This document shows, in pieces, positions 13,903-27,112 of a stretch of DNA of 64,000 nt. Position numbers and translations under genes: made by a program. Origin of the DNA: Chiloscyllium plagiosum (lineage: Eukaryota); contig NC_057728.1 in the NCBI RefSeq assembly GCF_004010195.1, forward strand, positions 44,914,286-44,978,285. The letters run 5' to 3'. Below the pieces are notes generated by a model. It worked only from the letters and a program-made list of their open reading frames with translations, searched no databases and was not told the origin of the DNA. Positions within the stretch are counted from its first letter, which is position 1, and the number at the start of each line of letters is the position of its first letter.

Positions 13903-14099
13903 CAGGTAGTTCTTCTGTAATGCGATGGTTGCATTCTTGTGCAGAAAAATCACATTCTCGAAACAATGCCGGAAGTGTTGGCAATGTAATTCATTACAGC
14001 CAACACACATTTAAAAGTTTGTGCTTTAGAAGCAGTGTTCCCTGTTCGCCAATCACATTACAATGAATTTGTGTTAATGCGTTATAGCAGAACGACATG
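13903..14099. mobile_element. pogo/Tigger-like MITE
   Basis: Imperfect terminal inverted repeats caggtagttcttctgtaatgcg...gcgttatagcagaacgacatg(ta); a related copy in opposite orientation at ~42065-42286. Confidence 0.65.
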
Positions 14100-14350
14100 T
14101 ACAGTGTTTTATGTTAAAAGCTAATCTAAAAGCTGTGGACACAAAGTTCAACCAAAAAATTAAATTTTCAGGCATAAAATAGTTGCAAGGAATGTACTTA
14201 AATTGAAATATAACAAACGTTTAAATAAATTATGTAAACATAAGTTCAAAATCAGAGAAATGAATCATATCGTTCCATTCTTGATTAATTATGCACAAAC
14301 CCAAGACTAATTAAATTATAGGAAAGAATATGACAACTAAAGGGACACGT

Positions 14351-16535
14351 CATAGAGTCATAGAGATGTACAACATGGAAGCAGACCCTTCGGTCTAACT
14401 CGTCCATTCCGACCAGATATCCCAAACCAATCTAGTCCCACCTGCCAGCAACCAGGGCATATCCCTCCAAACACTTCCTATTCATATACCCATCCAAATG
14501 CCTCCTAAATGTTGCAATTGTACCAGCCTCCACCACTTCGTCTAGCAGCTCATTCCATACACGTACCATCTTCTGTGTGAAAAAGTTGCCTCGTAGGTCT
14601 CTTTTATATCTTTCCCCTCTCACCCTAAACCTATGCCCTCTAGTTCTGGACTTCCCGACCCCAGGGAAAAGACTTTGCCTATTTATCCTATCCATGCTCC
14701 TCATGATTTTGTAAACCTCTATAACGTCACCCCTCAGCCTCCGACACTCCAGGGAAAACAGCCCCAGCCTGTTCAGCCTCTCCCCATAGCTCAAATCCTC
14801 CAAACCTGGCAACATTCTTGTAAATATTTTCTGAACCCTTTCAAGTTTCACAACAACTTTCCGATAGGAAGGAGACCAGAATTGCACGCAATATTCCAAC
14901 AGTGGCCGAACCAAAGTCCTGTATAGCTGCAACATGACCTCCCAGCTCCTGTAATCAATACTCTGACCAATAAAGGAAAGCATACCAAATGCCTTCTTCA
15001 CTATCCTATCTACCTGCGACTCCACTTTCAAGGAGCTATGAACCTGCACTCCAAGGTCTCTTTGTTCAACAACACTCCCTAGGACCTTACCATTAAGTGT
15101 ATAAGATTTGCTTTCCCAAAATGCAGCACCTCGTATTTACCTGAATTAAATTCCATCTGCCATTTCTCAACTCATTGGCCCATCTGATCAAGATCCAGTT
15201 GTAATCTGAGGTAACCCTCTTTGCTATCCACTACACCTCCAATTTTAGTGTTATCTGCAAACTTACTAACTGTACCTCTTATGCTCGCATCCAAATCATT
15301 TATGTAAATGACAAAAAGTAGAGGACCCAGCACCGATTCTTGTGGCACTCCACTGGTCTCCAGTCTGAAAAACAACCCTCCACCACCACCCTCTGTCTTC
15401 TACCTTTGAGCCAGTTCTGTATCCAAATGGCTAGTTCTCCCTGTATTCCATGAGATCTAACCTTGCTAATCAGTCTGCCATGGGGAACCTTATTGAACAC
15501 CTTACTGAAGTCCATATAGATTACATCTACCGCTCTGCCCTCCTCAATCCTCTTTGTTACTTCTTCAAAAAACTCAATTAAGTTTGTGAGACATGATTTC
15601 CCATGCACAAAGCCATGTTGACTATCCCTAATCAGTCCTTGCCTTTCCAAGTACATGTACATCCTGTCCCTCAGGATTCCCTCCAACAACTTGCCCACCA
15701 CCGACGTCAGGCTCACTGGTCTATAGTTCCCTGGCTTGTCCTTACTGGCCTTCTTAAACACTGGCACAACGTTTGCAAACCTCCAGTCTTCCGGCATCTC
15801 ACCTGTGACTATTGATGATACATATATCTCAGCAAGAGGCCCAGCAATCACATCTCTAGCTTCCCACAGAGTTTTAGTGTACACCTGATCAGGTCCTGGG
15901 ATTTATCCACCTTTAGCCGTTTCAAGACATCCAGCACTTCCTCCTCTGTAATCTGGACATTTTGCAAGATGTCAATATCTATTTCTCTACAGTCCATATC
16001 TTCCATATTCTTTTCCACAGTAAATACTGATGCAAAATACTCATTTTTTATCTCTTCCATTTTCTGCAGCTCCACACAAAGGCCGCTTTGCTGATCTTTG
16101 AGGGGCCCTATTCTCTCCCTATTTATCCTTTTGTCCTTAATGTATTTGTGAAAGCTCTTTGGATTCTCCTTAATTCTCTTTACCAAAGCTATCTCATGTA
16201 CCTTTTTGTCCTCCTGATTTCTCTCTTAAGTATACTCCTACTTCCTTTATACTCTTCTCAGGATTCACTCGATCTATCCTGTCTATACCTTACATATGCT
16301 TCCTTCTTTTTCTTAACCAAACCCTCAATTTCTTTAGTCATCCAGCATTTCCTATACCTACCAGCCTTTTCTTTCACCCTAATAGGAATATACTTTCTCT
16401 AGATTCTCGTTATCTCACTTCTAAAGGCTTCCCATTTTCCAGTCGTCCCTTACCTGTGAACATCTGCCCCCAACCAGCCTTTGGAAGTTCTTGCCTAATA
16501 CCGTCAAAATTGGCCTTTCTCCAATTTAGAACATC
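14351..16535 (-). mobile_element. CR1 (HER1-type) LINE, 5'-truncated, frameshifted ORF2
   Basis: ORFs 15848-16186, 15300-15884, 15172-15375 (FADNTK) and 14432-15049; (ctatgact)n-type tail at 14351. Confidence 0.97.
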
Positions 16536-16554
16536 CATAGAAATTGAGCTGCAG

Positions 16555-16626
16555 TGAGCCTGTTGTGATTGGAACACGCAACCTTCTGATCTGGAATCAG
16601 ACACGCTACTGTTGCGCCACAAGCCT
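16555..16626 (-). pseudogene. tRNA-Trp(CCA) pseudogene, full 72 nt
   Basis: Minus strand AGGCTTGTGGCGCAACAGTAGCGTGTCTGATTCCAGATCAGAAGGTTGCGTGTTCCAATCACAACAGGCTCA aligns without gaps to vertebrate tRNA-Trp as I recall it (~60/72; about 5 differences are CpG transitions). Anticodon CCA at 16594-16592; acceptor stem disrupted. Confidence 0.9.
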
Positions 16627-17379
16627 ACACGTGGCCCCAATAATATGTCGAGCAGCAGAGGATTGAACTTTCCCTAGGATTTAAAAGTCTTATTTCTGAA
16701 TATACCATTAGCCAGCATGGATGAAACATTAGCCTGGATGAAGAATACTTGTTCAAAAGAAAGAAGGGAGCTGGTTGATCTATAAAAAGTCATGGAAGTC
16801 TGTTGGACAAGATAAGAATATTTATGTCTCTTTTTGGGTTATCTTAAAATTAATTTAATTTAGTGTTGGATTAAGACAGTGCACTAATTTTAATTAAATA
16901 TACATGTTCAATGAAAATTGGAAGGTTTAATTGTATGAATGTGTGATTCTTATACATTTTGAATTAACTAATTCAGCATAATAACTGCAAAATTCTATAT
17001 GACACCTATATTTCTCTGAAAAGGAATTATTTGAATTTACTATCTGAATAGTCTTAACTCTGTGAGAAAAATTTCATTTCAAACCTAAGAATGAAAAGAA
17101 TATCTGATCAATTAGATTCATTCCCATTGGGTACTCATCCAAAAGAATTTCTAATACTACCCAATCGCCAAACTCCCTTTCCCCTCTAAAGCTCTACAAT
17201 GTACTAATATCTCCATCCAAGCTTATTTCAAGGTCTTTACATTTGACTCCCCTTTTTTCAGGTTTCTGTGACTGACAAAAGTAAAAGCTCTTTGTCCTCC
17301 TGACTTGTCTGCAATGGTTGGCATGGTGGATCACACAATCCTAGGTGCCACGTAGAAGGTTATTGGGGATTCGCAGTTT

Positions 17380-18440
17380 GGGATAATTTGTTAGCATTAA
17401 CAACTAGTTAACACATAGAGACGAGAGAAGTTGGGATAAATGAGTCTTTATCAGGTTGAAAACACGGAACTAGTGGGGAGCCTCAAGGATCAGTCTTTAG
17501 GTGTCAATTAGTTACACTCTATATTAATGACTGTAAGGAATGGGCAGCATGTAATATATTTACATCTGTTGACAATAGAAAAGTAGGTAGGAGAGCATGT
17601 TGTGATGAGGACATAATGAATCTGCAAGAGGACCCTAGATAGGTTGAGTAAGTGGACAAACACTTGTTTGGTGGAGTTTAATGTAGGAAAGTGTGAGGTC
17701 ATGCATTTTGGTCTAAAGAATCAAAAGACAAACTATTATTTAAATGGAGAGAGAGAGACTCCAAAAGCGTGCAGCACAATCGGTATGGCTGTTCTTGTGA
17801 ATGAAATGCAGAAAGTTAGCATGTGGGGTCAGCAAATAATCAATCAGGCAAATGCCATTTTGACCTTATTGCTTGAGGGTTGGAGCTTAAAGGTCGAGAT
17901 GTCTCATTCCAATTGTATAAGGTGTTGGTCAGGCCATACCTGAAGTAATGCATGTAGTTTTGCTCCCCATGTTTAAGAAAAGATTACTGGAATTGGAGGC
18001 AGTTTAAAAGAGATTCACTAAATTGATGGCGGAATTGTAAGATGAATCAAGAATGACTAAATAGGTTATACCTTTATTTATTAAAGTTTAGAAGAATAAG
18101 GGGTGACCTTATTGAAACATATAAGAAAGATTCTGAGGGGTGTGACAGGCTAGATGTTGAGAAGATGTTTCTGATCATGCAAGAATCTTAAATTAGAAAA
18201 CTTAGTTACAGATTACAAAAAAGTTTTCTCCTCCCAGATGGTAATGAACATCAGGAATTCTTTAACCTCAGAGAGTTGTGGAGGCGAGATCAGTGAACGT
18301 ACTTAAAGAGAAAGTAGATAGATTTAGACTATGATGAGCTGATAGGAAAGAGGAATTGATGCTGAGGGGAGATTGGCTGTGACCTTATTGAGTGGCAGGG
18401 CAGGTTTAAAAGCCCCAATTACCTACCCTTGCTTTTAAGT
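17380..18440 (+). mobile_element. Older CR1 LINE 3' half
   Basis: Decayed SGEPQGSV, EFNVGKCEVMHFGLKN and a 3' UTR. Confidence 0.85.
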
Positions 18441-21419
18441 CTAATGCTCATGCGTACTTATGGACACAAAAGTAGCAATGGTGGGGGGGCACAGTAAGCA
18501 AGGGAAATAGGCACGAGAGAAGCAGCAGCCCAGACTCTGATCTCCCAGCCCTTGGAATGGCACTTTCTCTGGCAGTATAGTGACTGGAGAGGGAAGAGCA
18601 ACAAGATGTCAGTAATAGTGATAGGGTGAACACAGTGAAGGAGCAGTGATGTGAGCAGGCCATGAGTGAGGACATCCTATGGCCTGTCGCAGCCCTGATA
18701 GAAGGGCCATAGCTGCACATGCACAGGAGGTGTTCTATCCAAATTGTTTTTAGCTCCATTTTGAGTTGCTCTTAGCTTTCAGTTTCCAGTTCTGTTTTCA
18801 CTCATTAGATTTGCTGACTCAGCCACTCAAATGTTTCAGCAAATTGCATTATTTTTGATCTTGTTCTGTTCATACTTAGATTGTGCTAGGAAGAGTAGAA
18901 TCAACAGTCTAGATTCTGTGGTCAGCCGAGAAGGGACTGCAACAGGAAAGAAAACTGTCCACAAAGATCTAATGATTTGAATGTGTCCCAGTGCATCATT
19001 AATTTCATTTTGGCTCCAGCCACAGAGACTCTTAGACATCGATGAACAATGACACAGTTAAGCTGGCTGAGCTACCAATCAGAATAAAGGTTTCTTCCAA
19101 ATAAACGATCAGGAAATAAAAAGCAATTATTATTAAACCTTTTGAAAAAATTTACAGACGGCTAAACAAATATTGAGACATGCTCATCAAATTAATACGA
19201 AACTGAAATAAATAAGTACACTTTAAAAGGGCAATAAATTATTTTTAATATCCCTAATTTTTATTATAATTTGAAATGAACGGTATTCCAGTTCTAAATT
19301 TAAGTTTTAGGGACCAGCGAGTTTTATCTGTGGAACTTGTGATTTTGTATACTGTTAAGAACTCTGTGACTCCTTAATCAACAAGATTTATTCTTTTCAA
19401 TAGATTTTACTTAACTATATAATACGAAGTTGCAGTTCATATCAAATCATTGAATCTGTGTAACTTGCATTTGCAAAGACTGCAATATCATATCCAAAGG
19501 AACAACCAACAGAATCATTGGCTGCAACTTCCAATTTCCAATTTCCATGTTCATCTAGACATCTGCACACCACATACATAGTTCTCACTTTTACATAGCC
19601 ATGATGAAGAATGCTGACAGTTGTTATTTTCATTGCAACTGCAAACTCTGCGCCATTTATGTCACTCAAGTCCATTGTTACAAGTTTAGTTGCAACATTT
19701 TGCTGCAAGATAGTGAATTTTGCTTACAGATAAAATTGTACAATCTTTAAATTGTACAATCTTCCTTTAATAAAAATGTACAAACCTTGGCTTTTGTTAT
19801 TGTTCCACAACCTTCTGTTTGTAATGAAACTTGATATAGCATCTTCTTAAATCATGGCCATCTGACTGAGTTGCACATATCAGCAGTGCCTCAGGATATG
19901 ATACATCCGAACATGTACAGATCAGAGGTTGTTGGTATTTCTGGGGTCTCATTTATTATTGTGTTTTTATTAAGTAGGTAATAAAAAGTTCAGGGAGATA
20001 ACTGGTTAGTGTTTCCTTCCGAAAGAGCTGGAACATAAGAAGGTGTACTATTGTCCTTTATGAGGCCGGAATTCGCTTGAGGCTGTTAACAAGATTGAAC
20101 CTTTTCTCTTCCACCCATCAGATATTGCAGTATAAAAGAAGATTGCTCTGAGACTTTGAGACCTTTCCAACAAAATATCTTCTAACTATCTTGATTCATT
20201 TCCAAGCACGTTTAAATTTAAAACTTTAAATTTGTAACAGCAATCAGAAATTGGCAAGTGTCCAACTGTTTGGTCAGACTTGGAAGAATTCAATATGTGT
20301 TCAGATTTATCAGGACAATCTGGATTAATGAGTAAACTGTGAAAAGAGCATATCTGCAAATATAAATTAAGGCCATTTGCTTCTTTTAAACTCTTTGTGT
20401 TCTAAAAAAGATTTTGAGCCAATCCATATGGCTTTGTGTGTGCACATCATTTTAGTAACTATTCCTAATGTTGTGTCTCTCTGGGGAAATCAAGGGATGT
20501 CTCACAGTTTAGAGAAGAAATAGTTTAAAATTAGAGGTTGTTTTTGGTTGTTCTCTGTGGATTTTCAGTCATAAAAAAGTCACTACTATAATTATTCTAA
20601 ATGTATGTTTGCCACTCCCTGTTGAGTATCAATAAATTGCAATCATTAAGTATTCTGTCAAATATAGCACTCAACATTTTCAGAGCTTTACTCGAGACAC
20701 TTAATGTAAAGATGCAGATTAGCGTACCTGATAGGCCTATCTATCATTTTCACATTTTTGCTGGTTGGAAAAGTCATCTACTTTCCTGTACTGCAATTTT
20801 GAAAGATAGTTATTTCTGTTCACAGTTGTTCCTGTTCATGTCTACAACATCACTCTATTTACAATCAGCATGAAGGAAACTTCCCTCAGTTCTGAAGCTC
20901 CATTTAATGGTAAAGAGAGCAGGTATAATGAGGAGTCACCGAGAGGTCAAATTCAATGTTTTTTAAAATTGCAGAAGACACATTTATATAGCACTTTTCA
21001 CAGCCTGAGAATGCAACAATGCACCTTCAAGTCAATGAAGTACTTTTGAAGTGTGGTCGCTGTATTGAATCAGCTGTCTGTAATAAATCTTAATTAATTT
21101 TGAATTTCAGTGAGGAAAGATTGTCAAGCTAATATGTTATATGTAACTTGCAGCCGTTTAGCCTGCAGAATGGTAAAACAAATATGCTTTCTGCTCCCAC
21201 CATTAGAAGTATGATGAACACGCAATCTCATTTATAATGTTTCAGTATAAATGCAGAAATCTTTCACCAACCTGTTTCTCTCACCACAGATGATGGCTGA
21301 AAAGCTCAGCATTTCCAGCAGGCTCTGTTTTCATTTCAGATTTTCATCATCAGCAGTATTTTGTTTACACATTAGTGTTATGCTGTAATCATTTTTACCT
21401 TTTGATGCATATTGTGATT

Positions 21420-22152
21420 TAACCAGGTAAATCAAAGTAGAATATATATGTTTAATGGTAGAGTCCTGAGGAGTGTTGCCAAATAAAGGGACTGCAGGTT
21501 CATAGTTCCTTGAAAATTGAGTCACAGTTGTATAGGGTAGTGAAGAAGGCATTTGATAGTCAGTGCATAGAATAAAGGAGTTGGGATATCTTGTGGCTGT
21601 ACAGGATATTGGTTAAACCACCTTTGGAATATTGCATTCAATTCTGGTCTCCCTGCTGGAAGAAGGATGTTGTTAAATTTGGAAAATTCAAGCTCAGAAA
21701 AAGTTTACAAGGATGTTGCTCGGGTTAGAGGGTTTAAGCTATCGGAAGTGGCTGAAAAGGCTGGAGTTATTTTCCCTGGAGTGTCAGAGGCTCAGGTTTA
21801 TAAAATTGTGATGGGTAAGGATAGGGTGAATAGCTAAGGTCTTTTTTCCCAGTGTAGGAGAATCCAAAGCTAGAGGACATAGTTTAAGGTGAGAGGGGAA
21901 AGACTTAAAAGGGACCTAAGGAGCAACATTTCCATGCAGAGGATAGGACATGTATGGAATGAGCTGCCTGAGGGTGTAGTGGAGGCTGCTACAATTACAA
22001 TATTTAAAAGGCATCTGGATGGATACATGAATACGAAGGGTTTAGAGGGATATGTGACAAATGGAACTAGATTTATTTAGGATATCTGGTCAGAGTGGAC
22101 GAGTTGCATCAAAGGTTATGTTTCTGTGCTGTACATCTCTGTGACTCTCTGA
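21420..22152 (+). mobile_element. CR1 LINE 3' fragment
   Basis: RGERLKRDLRSNISMQRIGHVWNELPEGVVEA and a tail ctctgtgactctctgact. Confidence 0.9.
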
Positions 22153-22159
22153 CTGTACA

Positions 22160-22480
22160 GTTACCTTGGGAGCAATATTAGAGACTGAATTGGTTGAAGC
22201 TGAAGAAGAGAGTCAGTACTGGCAGATGTAGCTTTGGTTGTTTTATGACACACATATGTCGGGTCACAGCAAAAACTACCACTTATGACGCTGACTTTTA
22301 CAACCACCAGACTGCTAAAAGATTTAAAGGCACCACAATGTCTGCCTTAAAAAAAAGTCATTTGAGTAAAATTGCCAGTTTTGGTTGGAGTCCCTTCAGC
22401 TCCATAGGCAACAGAACTGAGGAGACCTGCCAAAGGCAAATGTGGAATTATTATCGTGAACTCCAGAGAAGCAAGGGTGC
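22160..22480 (+). mobile_element. RTE-like LINE fossil
   Basis: YLGSNI, RVSTGRCSFGCF and YYRELQRSKG resemble RTE YLGS..RI.KAS.AFGRL..LYGELQ.GKR. Confidence 0.5.
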
Positions 22481-23799
22481 TCTCATTGGTACCTTTTCAT
22501 TCCTCTTCCCCAACCAGGGGTCACCTGCACCCCATCAACCAGCAATCTCATGGCTGTCATCACACCCCACTGTATTGACAGTCACTGAACCTCCAGTGGG
22601 GTTACCCCACTACCAAGCTACTGAATTTCCATGAGGCTGGGCTTGAAAATCTTGAAAACCTCTCTGATTGCCAGACCAAGCAGACAGCTTGTACACTTCT
22701 CCAATCAGCCACCTGACAAAATCAAATCAGGGGCTTGTGCTTCAAGGTTACTCTGCTTCAGTATTGAATAATGGAGAAACTGAGCCTATGAATTTTTTTT
22801 ATGGATCATTTGCTTTGCCAAAAAAAAAAGAACCCTTGCAAAATTGAAAGGTATTTATTTGTGGTCGACCACACGAGAGAAAGGAGTATTTAGGCAGCTC
22901 AAGCCTGTATTGTAAGCACAACTGGGGTGGGCCATATTAATGCACTTAAGGAATGTCAGTACTAATTAGGAGGTCCCACTGATTATGATCCTATAAGTTG
23001 TACATATTTTGCAAAGGTGGATGACAGCCAAAGTGCCTGACATTGAGATAACTCAGATAAAACTTCATGTTTCCAAGGGTGATCAGCATATAATGTTTTA
23101 ATCACATAGCAGCCATTAAGACAAAGATCTATATTATTTTCCACATAATCACTGTGGAGACAGGAATCTGATGCATAGTTGGGTGTTGGGCAGTTCATTT
23201 CTTGATGATGGATTGTATAAAACTTTTAATTTGTGTGACATGGGATGTATCAGATGTCTGGAGATTTTCCAAGGAGAGGAACTCATCACTCGCCCAGAAA
23301 CAACACAGAATGCTTTTTTTGTTGTTCAGTTGCAGAATATGAGCCTGTACCTGTATCCAAAATATCCACTCACTGAGGCAAGGGATGCTACGCAAATCAG
23401 CCAAAAGATGGCAAATTATCAAAAAAATTAAGAATAACGTCAGAAAATCAATCACCACACATTACATGAAAAGTCAGTATTGATAGTCTGTGGAACATTT
23501 TCTTTCTTGCTAAAGAGCTTGTATAATCCCCATATGCATATGAAAAGTCTGCTTTTATCTTGCCACACACATATCCAACATGGAAAACTCTAAAAGGGAA
23601 TAAATTTGAATTGGTGGTCTTAGGCAGATTGGATGCATATGATTCCCCATCAAAGCTGGACATGTAGTTATTTATTGTTTCAGGCAAGCTGGCTTGCAAA
23701 TTATCCCATTATCCTAGCAGAAATATTTGTTAAAGATGTAACCCATGAACTTGGACTCTTCAATGACATTAACGACAAGAAAACTGGAATTTAGTAAAT

Positions 23800-24845
23800 C
23801 GTGTACACTATCTTCCTGGGTACTTGCGACACAGCACTGCATTCTGGGAAGGGCATTAGGGTAACGTACCATCTGTGAGGTGTCAGCATCACCGGGTATT
23901 GGATTGTGACCTCAAACATACCTTCAGCTGCAAAGCAGCCCACTTGATTAGTACCACATCCCACAAATATCCATTCCCTCCACCACTGACAGTGCACAAT
24001 GCAGCTACTAGCTACAAAATGTACTGCAGAAATTCACCAAGGTTCCTTTGACAGCACATTTCAAACTCACAACTGCTTCCATCTTGAAGGACAAGGGCAG
24101 CATATACATGGGAACACCACCAACTGTAAGTGCACCTCCAAACCAATCACCATCTGACTTTGAAATATGTTGCAATTCCTTCACTGTCATCAAGTCAAAA
24201 TAGAGTCATAGAGTTGTACAGTCATACAGCATGGAAACAGATCCTTCAGTCTAACCAGTCCATGCCAAACATAATCCCAAACTAAACTAGTTCTACCTGC
24301 CTGGTCCTAGTCCATATCCCTCCAAACCTTTCCTATTCATGTGCTTATCCAAATCTCTTTTAAAGATTGTAATTGTACCCACATCTTTCACTTTCTCAGG
24401 AAGTTCATTCCACCCTCGGTGTAAAAAATTTGCTTCTCATGACTTTTTAAAATCTCTCTCCTCTCACCTTAAAAATGTGCCCCCTTGTCTTGAGATCCCC
24501 ATCCTAGAGAAAAGACATCTGCTATTAACTCTGTCTATACCTCTCTGTCAGGTTGCCTCTCAATCTCCTACGCTCCAGTGAAAAAAGTCTCAGCCTATCC
24601 AGCCTTTCTTTTTAAGTCAAGCCTTTCATACCCAACACCATCTAGGTAAATCTCTTCTGAACCCTCTCCAGCTTAAAAACATCCTTCCCATAACAGAAAC
24701 CAGAACTGGGCATAGTATTCCAGAAGAGGTCTTACCAACATCCTGCACAGCCTCAACATGATGGAATTCTCTCCCTAACAGCATTGTGGGTCTACCTACA
24801 ACAAATGGACCACAAGTCATTCAAGAAGGCAGCTCACTACCACCT
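23800..24845. mobile_element. Old L2/CR1-like LINE 3' end (+) interrupted by a younger CR1 3' fragment (24201-24760, minus)
   Basis: Host element reads ...gtcaaaa | tggaattctctccctaacagcattgtggg across an insertion that begins with a tagagtcatagag CR1 tail. Confidence 0.75.
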
Positions 24846-26385
24846 TTAATGGTAGTGCCATATTTACAATAAACCTCAATGCAAATGGACGATTCCAGGC
24901 AGTAGCAGTTGACCTTGTGAATATCTTCCAACATCAATGCACCTGGGAGCTGATGGATGCCCTTAATGTGAAGAGATGTGGTTTTCTTATGTTGTTTTTA
25001 TGCAGAGAAAAACTGAAAAAGAAAGTATTATTAGAGCAGGCAACAGATTTGTACTCGAGGAGACGACTCTTTGATAGCATTTCATCAACTCCAGTAATAT
25101 GCTGGAGGACAGATGTTTTGACTGCTGTGAAAGCCTGGAAGTTCCATTGGACACTGAGGTCTGTAACACATTCATGGTTCTCTCTTTGACTACATTAATC
25201 CCGCAGCCCGTGCTTTACCAAACTTGATTGGTTAAATGGTGGGGTGAACTCAGAACAATGTAAACAGACATCGAACCCTAACACTGCAGAAAGGTTGTGA
25301 TTGCAGAGAGATTTTAAAATTCTTGCAAGTATTCTGTGGCACATTTAGAAATTAATACTATCTCTGCATTGCTCTGATATATGCAAGATATGCAACAATC
25401 AGCTGAGTTTGAGCTTCCATTGCAACACTCTGATATCCAATGATTTTTGGCTGCACCATAACTGAAACTGAAATATTAGCCACCAGATTCTACCTCCCAA
25501 CTGGGTTCAGAGATGATGTCATGGAGTTGCTCACCATTTCCATGGTAAAAATAATGCTTCACAGGGTGTCTCTACCACACTGGACCTGGACTCCTCCATC
25601 TTTCTTGATAATGATGGGAAACGATGTGCAGACTTGCCAAACCACCAGGCATCTCTGCATGCTTCAATATCAGCATTCCCAGTAGCTTGCCTGTGCTGGA
25701 TTCACATCTGGGCCTTTGATTTTGGATTAAAATGAAAGGGATCATGGTGACCTGTTGCGCAGTCTCCCTAACAACAGGCCTGGGTGACGTGGCTGCTAAA
25801 GTTGAAATGGAGGCCCAACTTGTTTTGCTGGAAATACAATGCAAAGTGTTCAGATAATGGCAGTAGCATTTAAGTTTATTGTGGCTTGACTGCCAGTCTC
25901 CAAAGTCTCTTTTAGATAGCTCGGGAAAAGGAATTGATTCTAAATATAAGTACTCTATTCATTAGGCAGAGATTATCCGGGATAAATCAGTGATTCTAAT
26001 ATTTTCTTACAGCAGAAATCTGAATCAAAATTATAACAGGATAATCAGGACTGGAAATTATAGCCTCAGGGTCTCACAAATTGAATTTATTTCATTTTTA
26101 ACTTATACATTTAGGCACACTGAACTTGGTTCAGTATAATATATATGAAATAAAATACTCAATGATCAACAAGAGGCTAAAGCTATGAGAAGCAGTGGCT
26201 CATGTTAATAGTGAGTCTCAATGCCATCTGAATTTTAAGTATTAGATTCATGACATCCTCTTTGTTGATATGTCTCCTGATGATTGTTACTCCTCCCTTG
26301 TTAGCAAGCAACAAACACAAGCTAGTAGTTATCCAGTATTGAACCCAGGTGCTTGGCACCGTGAGGCAGCAGTACTAACCACTAA

Positions 26386-26735
26386 GGGCAGCATGGTGGC
26401 TCAGTGATTAGCACTGCTACTTCATAGTACCAGGGACCCGAGTTTGATTCCACCTTTGGGAAACTGGCTGTGCGGATGTTGTACATTCTCCCCATGTCTG
26501 TGTGGGTTTCCTCTGGGTGCTCCAGCTTCCTCCCATGATCCAAAGATGTGCAAGTTAGGTGGAATCAGCCATGCTAAGTTGCCCATAGTGCCCAGCGATA
26601 TGCAGGCCAGATGGATTAAACAGGGGAAATGTGAGGTTACTGGGATGTGGCAGGTCTGGGTGGGCTACTCTTTGGAGGATTGGTGTGGACTCGGTGGGCC
26701 AAATGGCATGGTTCCACAGTGTGGAGATTCTATTT
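26386..26735 (+). mobile_element. HE1-type tRNA SINE, preceded by an inverted copy of a SINE head (26340-26385)
   Basis: A box tggctcagtgat, B box gagtttgattcc, CR1-like tail. Confidence 0.9.
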
Positions 26736-27112
26736 CAGATGCAGTGTTTTTAGATGTCCAATTGATGCTGTTCCAAATGCTTACTTTTAGCTCAGTTCAT
26801 TACTTTATTCTTAAATGCATGTCTACAGCCTGAATAATTTGTGGAAATCTTTTCAATTATTAATAGTTTTTTGGGGAGCCTCAACTAAGCCATTGGAATT
26901 CTACTGTCAGAGCATTGTAAAGTAAATCTTTACCATGATTAAAAGGATTTAGTGTTTCTTCAGCAGAGGCCGTGATTATCAGCACTGCAGTAATCATATG
27001 CATTATGACTGCCTCTCTTTGGTCTGTTTGAGAGCTTTTATTCCACAAATAACTGATTTTTGCAGGTTCCTCATTTAAACCTTTATAAAGCCAGATTCTG
27101 CCTCATCTCATT

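Noticed and set aside
16555..16626. Functional tRNA-Trp gene
   Set aside because: Acceptor-stem mismatches, altered D-loop GG and T-loop, and no downstream T4 terminator; called a pseudogene instead.
19442..19708. 88-aa ORF in a repeat-free region
   Set aside because: No ATG start, recognisable domain or convincing splice sites.
22983..23699. Cluster of 70-87 aa ORFs and a 42-nt AG..GC exon-like piece
   Set aside because: No recognisable homology; ORFs fall on both strands, consistent with chance.
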